In this document: in pieces, positions 10,595 to 21,828 of the stretch
Layout: every line of letters begins with the position of its first letter
How positions within the stretch are numbered: position 1 is the stretch's first letter
DNA from: an uncultured Actinomycetota bacterium
GTDB lineage: Bacteria; Actinomycetota; Actinomycetes; JAHEKZ01
Assembly (NCBI GenBank): GCA_963726575.1
Contig: CAVSCR010000005.1
Coordinates: 188,434 to 252,433, forward strand
Length of the DNA: 64,000 nucleotides
Direction of reading: 5' to 3'
Position numbers and translations under genes: made by a program
The notes under the pieces: generated by a model
Seen by the model: only the letters and a program-made list of their open reading frames with translations
The model's database searches: none
Told to the model about the DNA's origin: nothing

Positions 10595-12360
10595 TCCGCA
10601 GCCACGAGGCGGGAACGCTTCGCTCCTCCGACGCCGGGGTCGAGATCGTGCTCGCCGGCTGGGTGGCGCGCCGACGCGACCACGGCGGGGTGGCGTTCCT
10701 GGACCTGCGCGACGCCTCCGGCGTGGTGCAGGTAGTCGTGCGCGACGCGGCGGTGGCCGGCGACCTGCGCACGGAGTTCTGTCTGAGGGTCGTTGGTGAG
10801 GTCGTCGGACGCCCCGCCGGCAACGAGAACCCGGAGCTTCCCACCGGTGACATCGAGGTGATCGCCCAGGAGGTCGAGATCCTCAGTGAGGCGGCGACCC
10901 TCCCGTTCCCCATCGACGAGTACGTGAGCGTCGGTGAGGACGTCCGCCTGCGCTACCGGTACCTCGACCTGCGCCGCGAGGAACCGGGTCGTTTGCTCCG
11001 GCTGCGCTCCCGCACGACCAAGCTGATCCGCGACGTCATGGACGAGCACCGCTTCCTGGAGATCGAGACGCCGTACCTGACACGCTCCACCCCCGAAGGC
11101 GCCCGCGACTTCCTGGTACCCGTGCGCCTGCAGCCGGGAAGCTGGTACGCGCTCCCGCAGTCACCACAGCTGTTCAAGCAGCTGTTGATGGTGTCGGGCC
11201 TGGAGCGCTACTACCAGATCGCCCGGTGCTTCCGGGACGAGGACTTCCGCGCCGACCGCCAACCGGAGTTCACCCAGCTGGACGTGGAGATGTCGTTCTG
11301 CGACCAGGACGACGTCATCGCCCTCGGTGAGGCGGTGGTGGTCCGGCTGTGGCAGGAGCTCTTCGGGGATGCCGTCGCCACTCCGATCCGGCGCATGACC
11401 TACGCCGATGCCATGACGCGCTACGGCAGCGACAAGCCGGACCTGCGCTTCGGTAACGAGCTCGTCGACGTCACCGAGTACTTCGCGGCGACGCCGTTTC
11501 GGGTGTTCCAGTCCGAGCACGTCGGGGCGGTCGTCATGCCCGGCGGTGCCGAGCAGACGCGCCGAGAGCTCGACGCCTGGCAGGACTGGGCCAAGGCACG
11601 CGGTGCCAAGGGCCTGGCCTACGTACTCGTCGGAGCCGACGGCGAGCTCGGCGGGCCGGTGGCCAAGAACCTTTCCGAGGCGGAGCGGATCGGCCTCGCC
11701 GACGCCGTCGGGGCGGGTGCGGGCGATGCGGTCTTCTTCGGTGCCGGTGCCCGGATGCAGACGTTGGCCCTGCTCGGAGCGGCCCGCCTGGAGATCGGCC
11801 GACGCTGCGGACTGATCGCCGAGGACGCGTGGGAGTTCCTCTGGGTGGTCGACGCGCCGATGTTCGAGTCCGATGCAGCGGGTGGCTGGACGGCGGTGCA
11901 CCACCCGTTCACTGCTCCGAACGACGAGTGGGAGGCCGCGTTCGACGCGGAGCCGGGGCGGGCGCTTGCCTGGGCCTACGACCTGGTGCTCAACGGCAAC
12001 GAGATCGCCGGTGGCTCGATCCGTATCCACCGGCGCGAGGTGCAGCAACGCGTCTTCGACGTGATCGGGCTGACCCGCGACGAGGCACAGAGCAAGTTCG
12101 GGTTCCTCCTCGAGGCGTTCAACTACGGCCCTCCGCCTCATGGCGGGATCGCGTTCGGTCTCGACCGGCTGGTGGCCCTGCTGGGCGGTGCCGACTCGAT
12201 CCGCGAGGTGATCGCCTTCCCCAAGACCGCATCCGGCGGCGATCCGCTGACCGGCGCACCGACGCCGATCACCGCCGCCCAGCGCGCCGAAGCGGGCATC
12301 GACTACGTGCCACCGCAGGACGACGCCCCCGCGCAACCCGTCGAGTGGCCGACAGCGTGA
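10591..12360 (+). CDS. aspS: Aspartate--tRNA ligase, likely non-discriminating Asp/Asn type
   Basis: [61 protein letters not shown]. His in RDHGG and Gly in GNENP match non-discriminating signatures as recalled. GTGA overlap with hisS. Confidence 0.97.
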   Translation: MIRSHEAGTLRSSDAGVEIVLAGWVARRRDHGGVAFLDLRDASGVVQVVVRDAAVAGDLRTEFCLRVVGEVVGRPAGNENPELPTGDIEVIAQEVEILSEAATLPFPIDEYVSVGEDVRLRYRYLDLRREEPGRLLRLRSRTTKLIRDVMDEHRFLEIETPYLTRSTPEGARDFLVPVRLQPGSWYALPQSPQLFKQLLMVSGLERYYQIARCFRDEDFRADRQPEFTQLDVEMSFCDQDDVIALGEAVVVRLWQELFGDAVATPIRRMTYADAMTRYGSDKPDLRFGNELVDVTEYFAATPFRVFQSEHVGAVVMPGGAEQTRRELDAWQDWAKARGAKGLAYVLVGADGELGGPVAKNLSEAERIGLADAVGAGAGDAVFFGAGARMQTLALLGAARLEIGRRCGLIAEDAWEFLWVVDAPMFESDAAGGWTAVHHPFTAPNDEWEAAFDAEPGRALAWAYDLVLNGNEIAGGSIRIHRREVQQRVFDVIGLTRDEAQSKFGFLLEAFNYGPPPHGGIAFGLDRLVALLGGADSIREVIAFPKTASGGDPLTGAPTPITAAQRAEAGIDYVPPQDDAPAQPVEWPTA

Positions 12361-12435
12361 GTCTGACGAGCCGAGCTGCGGGTCAGGACTCACGCTCGGA
12401 GCCAATCGGCGTTGGAGGGGCTTAGGGTCGAGGAC

Positions 12436-13821
12436 GTGGCAACGGCCGACCTCTTCGACGCGGCGGCTGAGGATCTGACCCCTGGACCGCTGGCGGCGCG
12501 GATGCGCCCCCGCACGGTCGAGGAGGTCGTCGGGCAGGACCACCTCCTGCAGCCGGGCTCTCCGCTGCGCCGGCTGGTCGACGTGTCGTCGCCTCGCTCC
12601 GAAGTGTCAGGTTCTGAGGCTGGTCCGGTGTCGGTGATCCTCTGGGGTCCGCCGGGTACCGGCAAGACGACGCTGGCGAGCCTGATCAGTCAGTCCACGG
12701 GCCGTCGGTTCGTCGAGCTGTCGGCCGTCACCGCCGGCGTCAAGGACGTGCGCGCCGTGATCGACGAGGCGCGGCGGGGGATGGCCACGGGCGAGCCCGA
12801 GACCGTGCTCTTCGTCGACGAGGTGCACCGGTTCTCCAAGACGCAACAGGATGCGTTGCTCCCGTCGGTGGAGAACCGTTGGGTCGTGCTAGTGGCCGCG
12901 ACCACCGAGAACCCGCACTTCAGCGTCATCTCACCGCTGCTGTCCCGCTCGCTCGTCCTGACCCTGAAGCCGCTGGGGGACGACGCGGTGCGATCGTTGA
13001 TCGAGCGGGCCATCACGTCCCCGCGCGGGCTTGCCGGCGAGGTCGAGGTCACCGGCGATGCGGTCGACCAGCTCGTTCGGATGTCGGGCGGCGACGCGCG
13101 ACGCGGCCTGACCGCGCTCGAGGCGGCCGCCGGCGTGGCGGCCGACACCGGCCAGGCCGCCATCACGGCGCAGACCGTGGCGCAGGCGGTCGACCGAGCG
13201 TCGGTGCGCTACGACCGCGACGGGGACCAGCACTACGACGTGGCCAGCGCGTTGATCAAGAGCCTGCGCGGGTCGGACGTCGACGCAGCCCTGCACTACC
13301 TGGCCCGGATGGTCGAGGCCGGCGAGGATCCACGGTTCGTCGCGCGGCGGCTGGTGATCTTCGCCAGCGAGGACGTGGGGATGGCCGACCCGACGGCGTT
13401 GCAGATCGCCGTGGCGGCGCTGCAGGCGGCGCAGTTCGTCGGCCTGCCCGAGGCCCGGCTCAGCCTTGCGCAGGCCGTGATCCACCTGGCGCTTGCTCCC
13501 AAGTCGAATGCCGTGATCGTGGCGATCGACGCGGCGATCGCCGACCTGCGACGCGGCGTCATCGGTACGGTGCCGGCGCATCTGCGCGACGCGCACTACC
13601 CGGGTGCCCGCGATCTCGGCCACGGCCTCCGGTACCGCTACCCCCACGACGACCCGCGCGGCGTGGTCACCCAGCAGTACGCGCCGGACCCGGTCCTGGA
13701 TCGCACCTACTACGTCCCGACGCAGCACGGGAACGAACGGACGGTGGCCGAGCGCGCCGAGAAGGTCCGCGCGATCGTCCGGGCGGTAGACGACGAAGCC
13801 GCAGCCACCCCGGACGACTGA
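12436..13821 (+). CDS. rarA: Replication-associated recombination protein A (AAA ATPase, MgsA/RarA)
   Basis: [67 protein letters not shown]; GTG at 12436 after GAGGA. Confidence 0.96.
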   Translation: MATADLFDAAAEDLTPGPLAARMRPRTVEEVVGQDHLLQPGSPLRRLVDVSSPRSEVSGSEAGPVSVILWGPPGTGKTTLASLISQSTGRRFVELSAVTAGVKDVRAVIDEARRGMATGEPETVLFVDEVHRFSKTQQDALLPSVENRWVVLVAATTENPHFSVISPLLSRSLVLTLKPLGDDAVRSLIERAITSPRGLAGEVEVTGDAVDQLVRMSGGDARRGLTALEAAAGVAADTGQAAITAQTVAQAVDRASVRYDRDGDQHYDVASALIKSLRGSDVDAALHYLARMVEAGEDPRFVARRLVIFASEDVGMADPTALQIAVAALQAAQFVGLPEARLSLAQAVIHLALAPKSNAVIVAIDAAIADLRRGVIGTVPAHLRDAHYPGARDLGHGLRYRYPHDDPRGVVTQQYAPDPVLDRTYYVPTQHGNERTVAERAEKVRAIVRAVDDEAAATPDD

Positions 13822-13883
13822 TCCACCGCGCGGCGTCGCAAACGCGATCGAGGGCGACCCACCTGCTCGGATAGGCTCGCCGG

Positions 13884-16604
13884 ATGGGCCAGACGGACAC
13901 CTCGAGCGAACCCCGCACCCCGGTGTCCGGCATGGACTCCGCCGAGATCCGCCGCCGGTTCCTCGCCTTCTTCGAGGCCCGGGGCCACGTTCTCGTTCCG
14001 TCGGCGCCGCTGCCCCTGCCCGACCCGACGCTGCTCCTGGTCAACGCCGGAATGGTGCCGTTCAAGCCGTACTTCCTGGGCGAGCAGACCCCGCCGTACG
14101 CGCGCGCAGCGAGTGTGCAGAAGGTGGTACGCACCCTTGACATCGAAGAGGTCGGACGCACGACCCGCCACGCGTCCTTCTTCCAGATGGCCGGCAACTT
14201 CTCCTTCGGCGACTACTTCAAAGAGGCGGCCATCCCGTTCGCCTGGGAGCTGCTGACGACCTCTGTGGACGCGGGCGGCTACGGATTCCCGCCGGAGCGG
14301 TTGTGGGCCACCGTCTACACCGACGACGACGAGGCCGTGCAGATCTGGCATCGCGACGTCGGAGTGCCGATGGAGCGGATCCAACGGCGCGGGCTGAAGG
14401 ACAACTACTGGCACATGGGCGTGCCCGGCCCCGGGGGTCCGTGCAGCGAGATCTACTACGACCGCGGCGAGGAGTACGGCAAGGAGGGCGGCCCGGTCGT
14501 CGACGAGGACCGCTACCTGGAGGTCTGGAACCTCGTCTTCATGCAGGACGTCCTCGGCGAGGTCCGGGCGAAGGAGGACTTCGACCTGATCGGTGAGCTC
14601 CCGGCCAAGAACATCGACACCGGTATGGGCCTGGAGCGCATGGCCGCCGTGCTGCAAGGCGTGGGCAACATCTACGAGATCGACACCACCCGACCGATCA
14701 TCGATCGGGCCGCCGAGCTCAGCGAGACGACCTACGGCACCGACCTCGTGGACGACGTGCGCCTGCGGGTGGTGGCCGATCACGCGCGCACCGCCGTGAT
14801 GCTGATCGGCGATCAGGTCACTCCCGGCAACGAGGGTCGTGGCTACGTGCTGCGTCGTCTGATGCGACGCGTCATCCGGTCCATGCGGCTGCTCGGTGCC
14901 GACCAGCCGACGATGCGCGAGCTGGTGGCCACTGCGATTGCGGCCATGGGCCCGACGTACCCCGAGCTCGAGCTCGACCGGTCGCGGATCCACACGGTGG
15001 CCGAGTCGGAGGAGGCTACGTTCCTCGCGACGTTGCGGACGGGCACCCAGATCTTCGACGTCGCGGCGGACGAGACGCGTCGCTCAGGTGGCTCGACGTT
15101 GTCGGGGGAGGACGCGTTCAAGCTGCACGACACGTTCGGCTTCCCGATCGACCTGACGCTGGAGATGGCTGGCGAGCAGGGTCTGCAGGTCGACGAGCCC
15201 GCGTTCCGCCGACTGATGGCGCAGCAGCGGGAGAGGGCCAAGGCCGACGCCCGTGCGAAGAAGTCCGGTCACACCGATCTGAGTGCCTACCGTGCCCTGG
15301 CGCAGATCGGCGGGCGCAGCGAGTTCATGGGATACACGCAGACCAGCTCCGAGGCGACGTTGCGCGGTCTGCTCGTCAACGACTCGGTTGCTGCGGCCGC
15401 CTCCGTCGGTGACTCGGTGGAGTTCGTGCTCGACCGCACCCCGTTCTATGCCGAGGGTGGTGGCCAGCTCGCCGACCAGGGGCAGGTCCGGTTGGCCAAC
15501 GGTGCCCTGCTCGAGGTCGACGACGTCCAGACACCGATCGAAGGTCTGATCGTGCACCGCGCGCGGGTGCTCGACGGCACCGTCGAGACCGGGCTCGGTG
15601 CGCTGGCGGAGGTCGACGTGAGTCGTCGTCATGCGGTGTCACGGGCACACACCGCCACTCACATGGTGCACAAGGCCATGCGCGAGCTGCTGGGTGAGAC
15701 CGCGACCCAGGCAGGGTCGGAGAACGCGCCGGGACGGTTCCGCTTCGACTTCCCGAACGCCGGCGCGGTGCCGCCCAGCGTTCTGGCCGACGTCGAGGCT
15801 CGGGTGAACGAGATTCTGTTGGACGACCTCGACGTGACGGCGGAGTACCAACCGATCGACCAGGCGCGGGCGTCCGGTGCCACCGCGCTCTTCGGCGAGA
15901 AGTACGGCGACATCGTGCGGGTCGTCAGCGTCGGCGACTGGACCCGCGAGCTGTGCGGCGGTACCCACGTCGCCCGTACCGGACAGCTGGGTGTGGTGAA
16001 GCTGCTCAGCGAGTCGTCGATCGGCGCGGGCGTGCGCCGGATCGAGGCGCTGGTCGGCAACGACGCCTACCGTCACCTTGCGCGGGAGCACACCTTGGTG
16101 AACTTGCTGACCGAGCAGCTGAAGGTGCGTCCAGAGGAGCTCCCGGAGCGAGTGGCCGATCTCGTGGGGCGGCTGCGCGACGCCGAGCGAGAGATCGACA
16201 AGGCCCGGCGCACCCAGCTGGCCGCGCAGGCCGGTTCAGTAGCCGGCGACGCGCGCGACGTCGACGGCATCGCCGTGTGGTCGTTCGCAGCTCCGGCGGA
16301 CCTCAGTGCCGCCGAGCTGCGGCAGCTGGTGCTCGACACGTTGGGGGTCGCGGGCAACCGGCCGGGAGTTGTCGTCGGTTTCGCCGCCTCCGACGGCAAG
16401 GCAAGTGTCGTCGTCGCCACCACCGAGACCGCGCGATCCCAAGGCGTCGGAGCCGGGTCGGTGCTGCGGTCCGTCTTGCCGGCGATCGATGGCCGAGGCG
16501 GCGGCAAGGACGACGTGGCACAGGGCGGCGGCACCCTCCCTGAAGGGATCCCGGCGGCGCTGGCGGGCGTCGACGATGCGGTGCGGGCCGCCATCCGCGC
16601 CTGA
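13884..16604 (+). CDS. alaS: Alanine--tRNA ligase
   Basis: [60 protein letters not shown]. Start is 13884 (TAGGCT -10 six nt upstream, leaderless-like) or 13932 ([10 protein letters not shown]). Confidence 0.98.
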   Translation: MGQTDTSSEPRTPVSGMDSAEIRRRFLAFFEARGHVLVPSAPLPLPDPTLLLVNAGMVPFKPYFLGEQTPPYARAASVQKVVRTLDIEEVGRTTRHASFFQMAGNFSFGDYFKEAAIPFAWELLTTSVDAGGYGFPPERLWATVYTDDDEAVQIWHRDVGVPMERIQRRGLKDNYWHMGVPGPGGPCSEIYYDRGEEYGKEGGPVVDEDRYLEVWNLVFMQDVLGEVRAKEDFDLIGELPAKNIDTGMGLERMAAVLQGVGNIYEIDTTRPIIDRAAELSETTYGTDLVDDVRLRVVADHARTAVMLIGDQVTPGNEGRGYVLRRLMRRVIRSMRLLGADQPTMRELVATAIAAMGPTYPELELDRSRIHTVAESEEATFLATLRTGTQIFDVAADETRRSGGSTLSGEDAFKLHDTFGFPIDLTLEMAGEQGLQVDEPAFRRLMAQQRERAKADARAKKSGHTDLSAYRALAQIGGRSEFMGYTQTSSEATLRGLLVNDSVAAAASVGDSVEFVLDRTPFYAEGGGQLADQGQVRLANGALLEVDDVQTPIEGLIVHRARVLDGTVETGLGALAEVDVSRRHAVSRAHTATHMVHKAMRELLGETATQAGSENAPGRFRFDFPNAGAVPPSVLADVEARVNEILLDDLDVTAEYQPIDQARASGATALFGEKYGDIVRVVSVGDWTRELCGGTHVARTGQLGVVKLLSESSIGAGVRRIEALVGNDAYRHLAREHTLVNLLTEQLKVRPEELPERVADLVGRLRDAEREIDKARRTQLAAQAGSVAGDARDVDGIAVWSFAAPADLSAAELRQLVLDTLGVAGNRPGVVVGFAASDGKASVVVATTETARSQGVGAGSVLRSVLPAIDGRGGGKDDVAQGGGTLPEGIPAALAGVDDAVRAAIRA

Positions 16605-17065
16605 TGCGGCGCGGGGTTCGGTTGGCGGTCGACGTCGGATCAGTGCGGATCGGCGTGGCCCGCAGTGACATCGAGGGCAGGTTGGCCGTGCCGGTCGAGA
16701 CGGTCCGTCGCGGCACAGCCGACGTGGCGCGGATCGCGCAGCTGGCCGCCGAATGGTCTGCCATCGAGGTGGTGGTCGGGCTGCCGCGCGGCCTCTCTGG
16801 TGACGAGGGCGCCGCTGCCCGGGCGGTGCGCGGGTTCGCAACGGAGCTGGCCGACGTCGTGCCGCTGCCGCTGCGACTCGTGGACGAGCGGTTCACCACC
16901 GTGTCGGCCCAGCGCGGGCTGCACGCCGCGGGGCGCGACGTGCGGGCGAGCCGGGCGGTCGTCGACCAGGCGGCGGCCACGGTGCTGCTGCAGGACGCCC
17001 TCGACCGCGAGCGCAACAGCGGCGAGCCGCCCGGTGAGCTGCTGACGACGGGGGAGCTGGCCTGA
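16604..17065 (+). CDS. ruvX: Putative pre-16S rRNA nuclease / Holliday junction resolvase-like YqgF
   Basis: LAVDVGSVRIGVARSD, VVVGLP, LVDERFTT, VDQAAA..LLQ; canonical alaS-ruvX-mltG order. Confidence 0.95.
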   Translation: MRRGVRLAVDVGSVRIGVARSDIEGRLAVPVETVRRGTADVARIAQLAAEWSAIEVVVGLPRGLSGDEGAAARAVRGFATELADVVPLPLRLVDERFTTVSAQRGLHAAGRDVRASRAVVDQAAATVLLQDALDRERNSGEPPGELLTTGELA

Positions 17066-18087
17066 TGCGCAGATGGTTCGCCGGATGTGCGGTGATCGTC
17101 GTGGTGCTGGCACTGGGCGTGGGCGGCGTCGTGTTCCTCAAGGACAAGGTGGGCGGGCCGGCCGACTACAGCGGAGGCGGCGGGCCGGCCGTCACCGTGC
17201 AGGTGCATCCGGGGGACACCGCCACCGTGATCGGCTCGACCCTGCACCAGGCCGGTGTCGTCGCGAGCGTGGCCGCATTCGTGCAGGCGGCCATGCACGA
17301 CCAGAACTCAGTGAACGTGCAACCGGGCTACTACTCGCTTCCGACACAGATCAGCGCGTCCGACGCACTCACCGCGCTGCTCGATCCGGCCTCCCGCGTC
17401 CAGAACACGGTGACGATCCCCGAGGGCCTGCGGGTGGACCAGATCGTCGACCTGTTGGTCGCGGGCACCGGTGTGACCAAGCAACAGTTCGACCAGGTGC
17501 TTGCGCACCCGCAGTCGCTGCGCCTCCCTGCATACGCCAGCGGCGACCCAGAGGGCTTCCTCTTCCCGGCGACCTACGACTTCCCCCCCGATGCAACGGC
17601 TGTGACGATCCTGCGCACGATGGTGCGCCGCTTCGACCAGGCGGCGGCCGACATCCGGCTGGTCCCGCGCGCGGTTGCCGTCGGTCTGACCCCGCGACAG
17701 GCGGTCACGGTGGCCAGCATCGTCCAGGCGGAGGTGACGGTGGCGGACTTCGGCAAGGCGGCCCGCGTCATCTACAACCGGTTGAACCAAGGCATCAAGT
17801 TGCAGATGGACTCGACCGTGAACTTCGCGCTGAAGTCACACGACCTCACCCTGACGAACGAACAGATCGGCATCGACTCGCCGTACAACACCTACAAGTA
17901 CGCAGGTCTGCCGCCGGGCCCGATCAACTCACCAGGGCAGGCGGCACTGGAGGCGGCGCTGTCGCCCGCGACCGGTGACTGGCTGTACTTCATCGCGGTG
18001 GCGCCGGGAAGCACCCAGACCCGGTTCACGTCGTCGTACTCCCAGTTCCTCCAGTGGAAGTCCGAGTACTACGCGCAGTCGCCATGA
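17065..18087 (+). CDS. mltG: Endolytic transglycosylase MltG
   Basis: TIPEGLR, EGFLFPATY, ASIVQAE, RVIYNRL..G.KLQMDSTV, SPYNTY...GLPPGPINSPG, WLYFI. Confidence 0.96.
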   Translation: MRRWFAGCAVIVVVLALGVGGVVFLKDKVGGPADYSGGGGPAVTVQVHPGDTATVIGSTLHQAGVVASVAAFVQAAMHDQNSVNVQPGYYSLPTQISASDALTALLDPASRVQNTVTIPEGLRVDQIVDLLVAGTGVTKQQFDQVLAHPQSLRLPAYASGDPEGFLFPATYDFPPDATAVTILRTMVRRFDQAAADIRLVPRAVAVGLTPRQAVTVASIVQAEVTVADFGKAARVIYNRLNQGIKLQMDSTVNFALKSHDLTLTNEQIGIDSPYNTYKYAGLPPGPINSPGQAALEAALSPATGDWLYFIAVAPGSTQTRFTSSYSQFLQWKSEYYAQSP

Positions 18088-18950
18088 CACGTCCCGACCG
18101 ATGTGCCGCTGTGCTCGGGTCGCCGATCGGGCACTCGTTGTCCCCGCGCCTGCACCGGGCCGCCTACGAATGGCTGGGTCTGTCGTGGACCTATGACGCG
18201 ATCGACGTCACGGCGCAGGCCCTGCCTCAGTTCCTCGCCGGCCTCGGACCGGAGTGGGTCGGGCTGTCGCTGACCATGCCGTTGAAGGAAGCCGTCCTCC
18301 CGTTGCTGGACGAGGTGGAGCCGGCCGCGCTGCTGACGCGAGCGGTCAACACCGTGGTGCTCGAGAGCGGTCGACGTCTCGGCTTCAACACCGACATCGA
18401 CGGCCTCGTCGACGTGCTGCGCCGACATCGCTTCGCGGCCGGCACGCCCGCCCTGGTCCTGGGCGGTGGCGCCACCGCACGCTCGGCCGTGGCCGCGTTG
18501 GCTCGGGTGGGCGTCTCGCGTGTCACTGTGGTGACGCGACGGGAATCCGCCGGTGACGACCTCGTGACGCTCGGCGTCGACCTGGGCCAAGACGTCGTGG
18601 CGCGCGACTGGTCTGAGGTGGCGCCGCTGCTCCACTCGACCGCCGGTGCCGCAGATCTCGTGGTGAGCACCGTGCCCACGGGGGCGACCGACGACCTGGC
18701 GGTGACGGGTCCACTGCCCCCCAATGCCCTGCTCGTGGACGTGCTCTACGAACCGTGGCCGACACCACTCGCGCGGGCCTGGGGCAACGCCGGGGGAACC
18801 GCGGTCGGTGGCCGTGACCTGCTCGTCGGCCAGGCCCTGGAGCAGGTCCGCCTGATGACCGGGGAGCCGGTGCCGGCCGACGTCCTCTGGGCGGCCCTGG
18901 CCGACGGGTCCGGCACCTCAAGACCCTCGGGCGACCCGCCGAAAGAGTGA
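18084..18950 (+). CDS. aroE: Shikimate dehydrogenase
   Basis: AVLGSPIGHSLSPRLH, GLSLTMPLKE, AVNT, NTDIDG, LGGGATARS, LLVGQALEQV.LMTG; ATGA overlap with mltG. Confidence 0.95.
   Translation: MTRPDRCAAVLGSPIGHSLSPRLHRAAYEWLGLSWTYDAIDVTAQALPQFLAGLGPEWVGLSLTMPLKEAVLPLLDEVEPAALLTRAVNTVVLESGRRLGFNTDIDGLVDVLRRHRFAAGTPALVLGGGATARSAVAALARVGVSRVTVVTRRESAGDDLVTLGVDLGQDVVARDWSEVAPLLHSTAGAADLVVSTVPTGATDDLAVTGPLPPNALLVDVLYEPWPTPLARAWGNAGGTAVGGRDLLVGQALEQVRLMTGEPVPADVLWAALADGSGTSRPSGDPPKE
18917..18943 (+). promoter_or_regulatory. Sigma-28/FliA/WhiG-type promoter for the roadblock-DUF4388-GTPase operon (inside the aroE 3' end)
   Basis: CTCA-agaccctcgggcgaccc(17 nt)-GCCGAA, about 90 nt upstream of ATG 19035. 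Confidence 0.75.
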
Positions 18951-19034
18951 CAGGAGTGGGCGCCGTCCGGGCGACCGCTCCGGCGACCATTGGCCAGGCA
19001 GGGGCGGTTCACCACCGCCGCGAGAGGGTGCGTC

Positions 19035-19871
19035 ATGTCCCACGGATACGGGTCCTACGACCAGCAGTACGGCGCGGGTGCCACCGCGGACGGTCCCGGT
19101 CGCTCCGGTCAGCTCGACCGGGTGCTCGCGGACCTGATGGGCCAAGCCCCTGAGGTCGAGGCCGCGGCAGTGGTCTCCTTCGACGGGTTGCCCATGGCGT
19201 CTGCCCTGCCGGCAGGCATGGACGAGGACCGGGTGGCCGCCATGAGCGCGGCTCTGCTGTCACTTGGTGAGCGGGCCGCACAAGGTCTGGGCCGCGGTGA
19301 CCTGAACCAGGTCTACGTGGAGGGCCAGACCGGAACCGTGTTCCTGGTGTCCGCCGACGACGAGGCGGTGCTGGTGGCCGTCGGTGCTCGCGGCGCGAAG
19401 GTCGGTCTGATGCTGTTCGAGGTGCGCCAGGCGGCCGACCGGGTGGCCGCTGTGCTGCGCGAGGTGCCGGTCGTGACCGAGCAGCTCGTCGACGACGTGA
19501 CCAGCGCCGAGCCGCAGGTCGTGGCCGTCCCGCAGGTGGTGCCGGTGGCCGAGGTGCCGGTGGCTGAGGTGCCCGTGGCTGAGGTGCCGGTGGTCGAGGT
19601 GCCCCAGGTGCCCGTGCCCGTGGCCGAGCGCCCCCTGATGGCCCCCATGAACGAGCTGCCCCCGACGCCCGCGCCCATCGAGTCCCTGCCCCCCGTGCCG
19701 GTGCCGGTCGCCGAGACCTCCCTTGACGCGGTCGAGGAACCCGAGGACGACGGCGCCGCGGTGGCGTCGGTGCCGCAGGCCGCGTCCAACGGCAACGGCT
19801 CCCACGGCGCTCCGAACGGGACCTGGCCGGTGTACCCGGCGGCCAACGGGGACTCCTCCTCCTGGTCCTGA
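19035..19871 (+). CDS. Roadblock/LC7 (MglB-like) protein with long acidic Pro/Val-rich C-terminal tail
   Basis: LDRVLADL....PEVEAAAVVSFDGLPMASALP..MDEDRVAAMSAALLSLGERA...LGRG.LNQVYVEG..G.VFL is a Robl_LC7 pattern; ATG 19035 after GAGAGGG. Confidence 0.9.
   Translation: MSHGYGSYDQQYGAGATADGPGRSGQLDRVLADLMGQAPEVEAAAVVSFDGLPMASALPAGMDEDRVAAMSAALLSLGERAAQGLGRGDLNQVYVEGQTGTVFLVSADDEAVLVAVGARGAKVGLMLFEVRQAADRVAAVLREVPVVTEQLVDDVTSAEPQVVAVPQVVPVAEVPVAEVPVAEVPVVEVPQVPVPVAERPLMAPMNELPPTPAPIESLPPVPVPVAETSLDAVEEPEDDGAAVASVPQAASNGNGSHGAPNGTWPVYPAANGDSSSWS
19545..19604 (+). repeat. 4 x 15-nt in-frame tandem repeat (VAEVP/VVEVP) in the roadblock tail
   Basis: gtggccgaggtgccg / gtggctgaggtgccc / gtggctgaggtgccg / gtggtcgaggtgccc. 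Confidence 0.9.
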
Positions 19872-19933
19872 CGCCGCAGGCGACCGATCGGCGACTTCGC
19901 CGCCCCTGACGCCATGACGCCCCACCCGCACAG

Positions 19934-21238
19934 ATGGGACCCGACGTGAACCTCGAAGGCTCGCTCGACGCGTTCAGCCTTCCGGACGTCTTCCAGCTGC
20001 TCAGCCTGACGAAGAAGTCCGGGGGACTGCACCTGACCGACGGTCAGGTGCGCGGCGTCGTGTCGTTCCACGAGGGTGCTGTCACGGGGGCGACCGCAGA
20101 TGCCGGGCGCCAGTCGCTGGCCCGACGCCTGGTCGGCATCGGTGTCGTCGACGACGCGGCGCTGCGCCGGGCGGTCGAACGAGCCGCGCACGACCGCGTT
20201 GGTGTGGCCCGGGCACTGGTCGAGGCCGGCGCGGTCGACTCCGAGACGGTGCGCACCTTGGCTGCCGAGCAGACCGTCGACGCCGTCTTCGACCTGCTGC
20301 GCTGGAGCCAGGGTGACTTCGCTTTCGCGCTGGACGAGACCAACCCGAACGACGTCGGGATCGCCCTGCCCGCTGACCAGGTGGTCGCCGAGGCCACCCG
20401 CCGACGCCAGCTGTGGGACTCGGTCTCGAAGGTGATCCCCTCGCCCGACGTCGTGCTGGTGATGCCCGTCGTACTGCCGGCCGATCCGACCGTCACCCGC
20501 GACGAGTGGTCGCTGTTGGCCCTGGTCGACGGAGCCCGCACGGTCGGCGAGCTCGTGGAGCTGAGTGGAGCCGGACAGTTCAGTGTCGTGTCAGCTCTGG
20601 CCGGTCTGGTGCAACGGGGGATGCTGTCGATCAAGGACGAGGATGCGCCGGATCACGTGGTGCTGGTGCTGCGCCGCCAGGTGACGCTGGCCGCGTTGGA
20701 GACCTCGCTGCTGGAGCAGGACGCCCCGACCGACGCCTCCGGGCAGACGCTCACCGGTGAGCCGACGCAGGTCGCGCCGCAGCAGCAGGTGCAGGTGGCG
20801 CCAGCGAACGAGCCAGCCGCCACGGCGCCGCCGACGCCAACACCTGAACCGGCGCAGGTTCGCCAGCCGGCCCCGCCGCCCCTCGACCAACCGTCGGGGC
20901 CGGTCGGACTGACCAAGGCTCCCACGCCCGGGGAGGCAAGCGGCCGCGGCGCCCATCGGCCCGAAGCGGTCGTGCCCGAGCGGCCCGAGCCGTTCCGTCG
21001 GCCCCGCTCTCCGGAGCACCCGGACTCCTTGCCGAACCGACAGTCGGCGTCCGCCCAACCGGTGGCCGCACCGCCGCTGCCGCCGGTCACGTCCTCGGGC
21101 GTACCGGCGAGACCCGCTGGTTCCAGCACGGTCGGGTCGTCGGCGGTAGCCGCGGCGGCGAACCCGGCCATCGAACGTGATCCGAGCGTGAATCGGAGCC
21201 TGCTGCTGAAACTCATCGCCGGGGTCAAGGGGCTGTAG
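19934..21238 (+). CDS. DUF4388 (PATAN-like) domain protein with MshEN-like repeat, Pro-rich linker and C-terminal helix
   Basis: LEGSLDAFSLPDVFQLLSLTKKSGGLHL..G...G.VSFHEGAVTGA N-terminus; VFDLLRWSQGDFAF; EWSLLALVDGARTVGEL winged-helix-like segment; ends RSLLLKLIAGVKGL. Confidence 0.82.
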   Translation: MGPDVNLEGSLDAFSLPDVFQLLSLTKKSGGLHLTDGQVRGVVSFHEGAVTGATADAGRQSLARRLVGIGVVDDAALRRAVERAAHDRVGVARALVEAGAVDSETVRTLAAEQTVDAVFDLLRWSQGDFAFALDETNPNDVGIALPADQVVAEATRRRQLWDSVSKVIPSPDVVLVMPVVLPADPTVTRDEWSLLALVDGARTVGELVELSGAGQFSVVSALAGLVQRGMLSIKDEDAPDHVVLVLRRQVTLAALETSLLEQDAPTDASGQTLTGEPTQVAPQQQVQVAPANEPAATAPPTPTPEPAQVRQPAPPPLDQPSGPVGLTKAPTPGEASGRGAHRPEAVVPERPEPFRRPRSPEHPDSLPNRQSASAQPVAAPPLPPVTSSGVPARPAGSSTVGSSAVAAAANPAIERDPSVNRSLLLKLIAGVKGL

Positions 21239-21240
21239 AG

Positions 21241-21816
21241 ATGGCGACCAACAAGCGACGACGTCACGGTGGCCAAGCCGTCAAGGTGGTGATCACCGGT
21301 CCGTTCGCGGCGGGCAAGACGACGCTGATCCGCACGATCAGCGAGATCACGGTGCTGTCCACCGAGCGGGGGATCACCGACAACACCCGGTCTCGCAAGA
21401 ACGAGACCACCGTGGCCATGGACTTCGGCCGGATCACCATCGACGGCGATCTGGTCCTCTACCTGTTCGGGACACCCGGTCAGGAACGCTTCGACTTCAT
21501 GTGGGAGATCCTCGGCGAGGGCATGCTCGGCTACGTGGTGCTGGTCGACGTCACCCGCGCCGACTCCTTGGCCGAGGCACGAGGCATCCTCGACGCGTTC
21601 CGGCGCATGGCCCGCGTCCCGTTCGTGGTGGGCCTGAACCGTACGGACGGGGACGACGACTCCCAGGAGGCGCAGGTGCGCGAGCACCTCGACCTGGCTG
21701 CCCACATTCCTGTCGTGCCGTGCGACGCGACCGACAAGGAGTCGGTCAAGGCGCTGCTGCTGGCGCTGCTGTACAGCGTTCTCGACGAGATCGAGGCCGA
21801 GCCGGCCACGGTGTAG
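21241..21816 (+). CDS. Small Ras-like ATP/GTP-binding protein (MglA/CvnD-like)
   Basis: VKVVITGPFAAGKTTLI (G1), ETTVAMDFG (G2), LYLFGTPGQERFDFMW (G3 variant), NRTD (G4 variant), CDA. Confidence 0.93.
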   Translation: MATNKRRRHGGQAVKVVITGPFAAGKTTLIRTISEITVLSTERGITDNTRSRKNETTVAMDFGRITIDGDLVLYLFGTPGQERFDFMWEILGEGMLGYVVLVDVTRADSLAEARGILDAFRRMARVPFVVGLNRTDGDDDSQEAQVREHLDLAAHIPVVPCDATDKESVKALLLALLYSVLDEIEAEPATV

Positions 21817-21828
21817 GCGGGTACCTCG

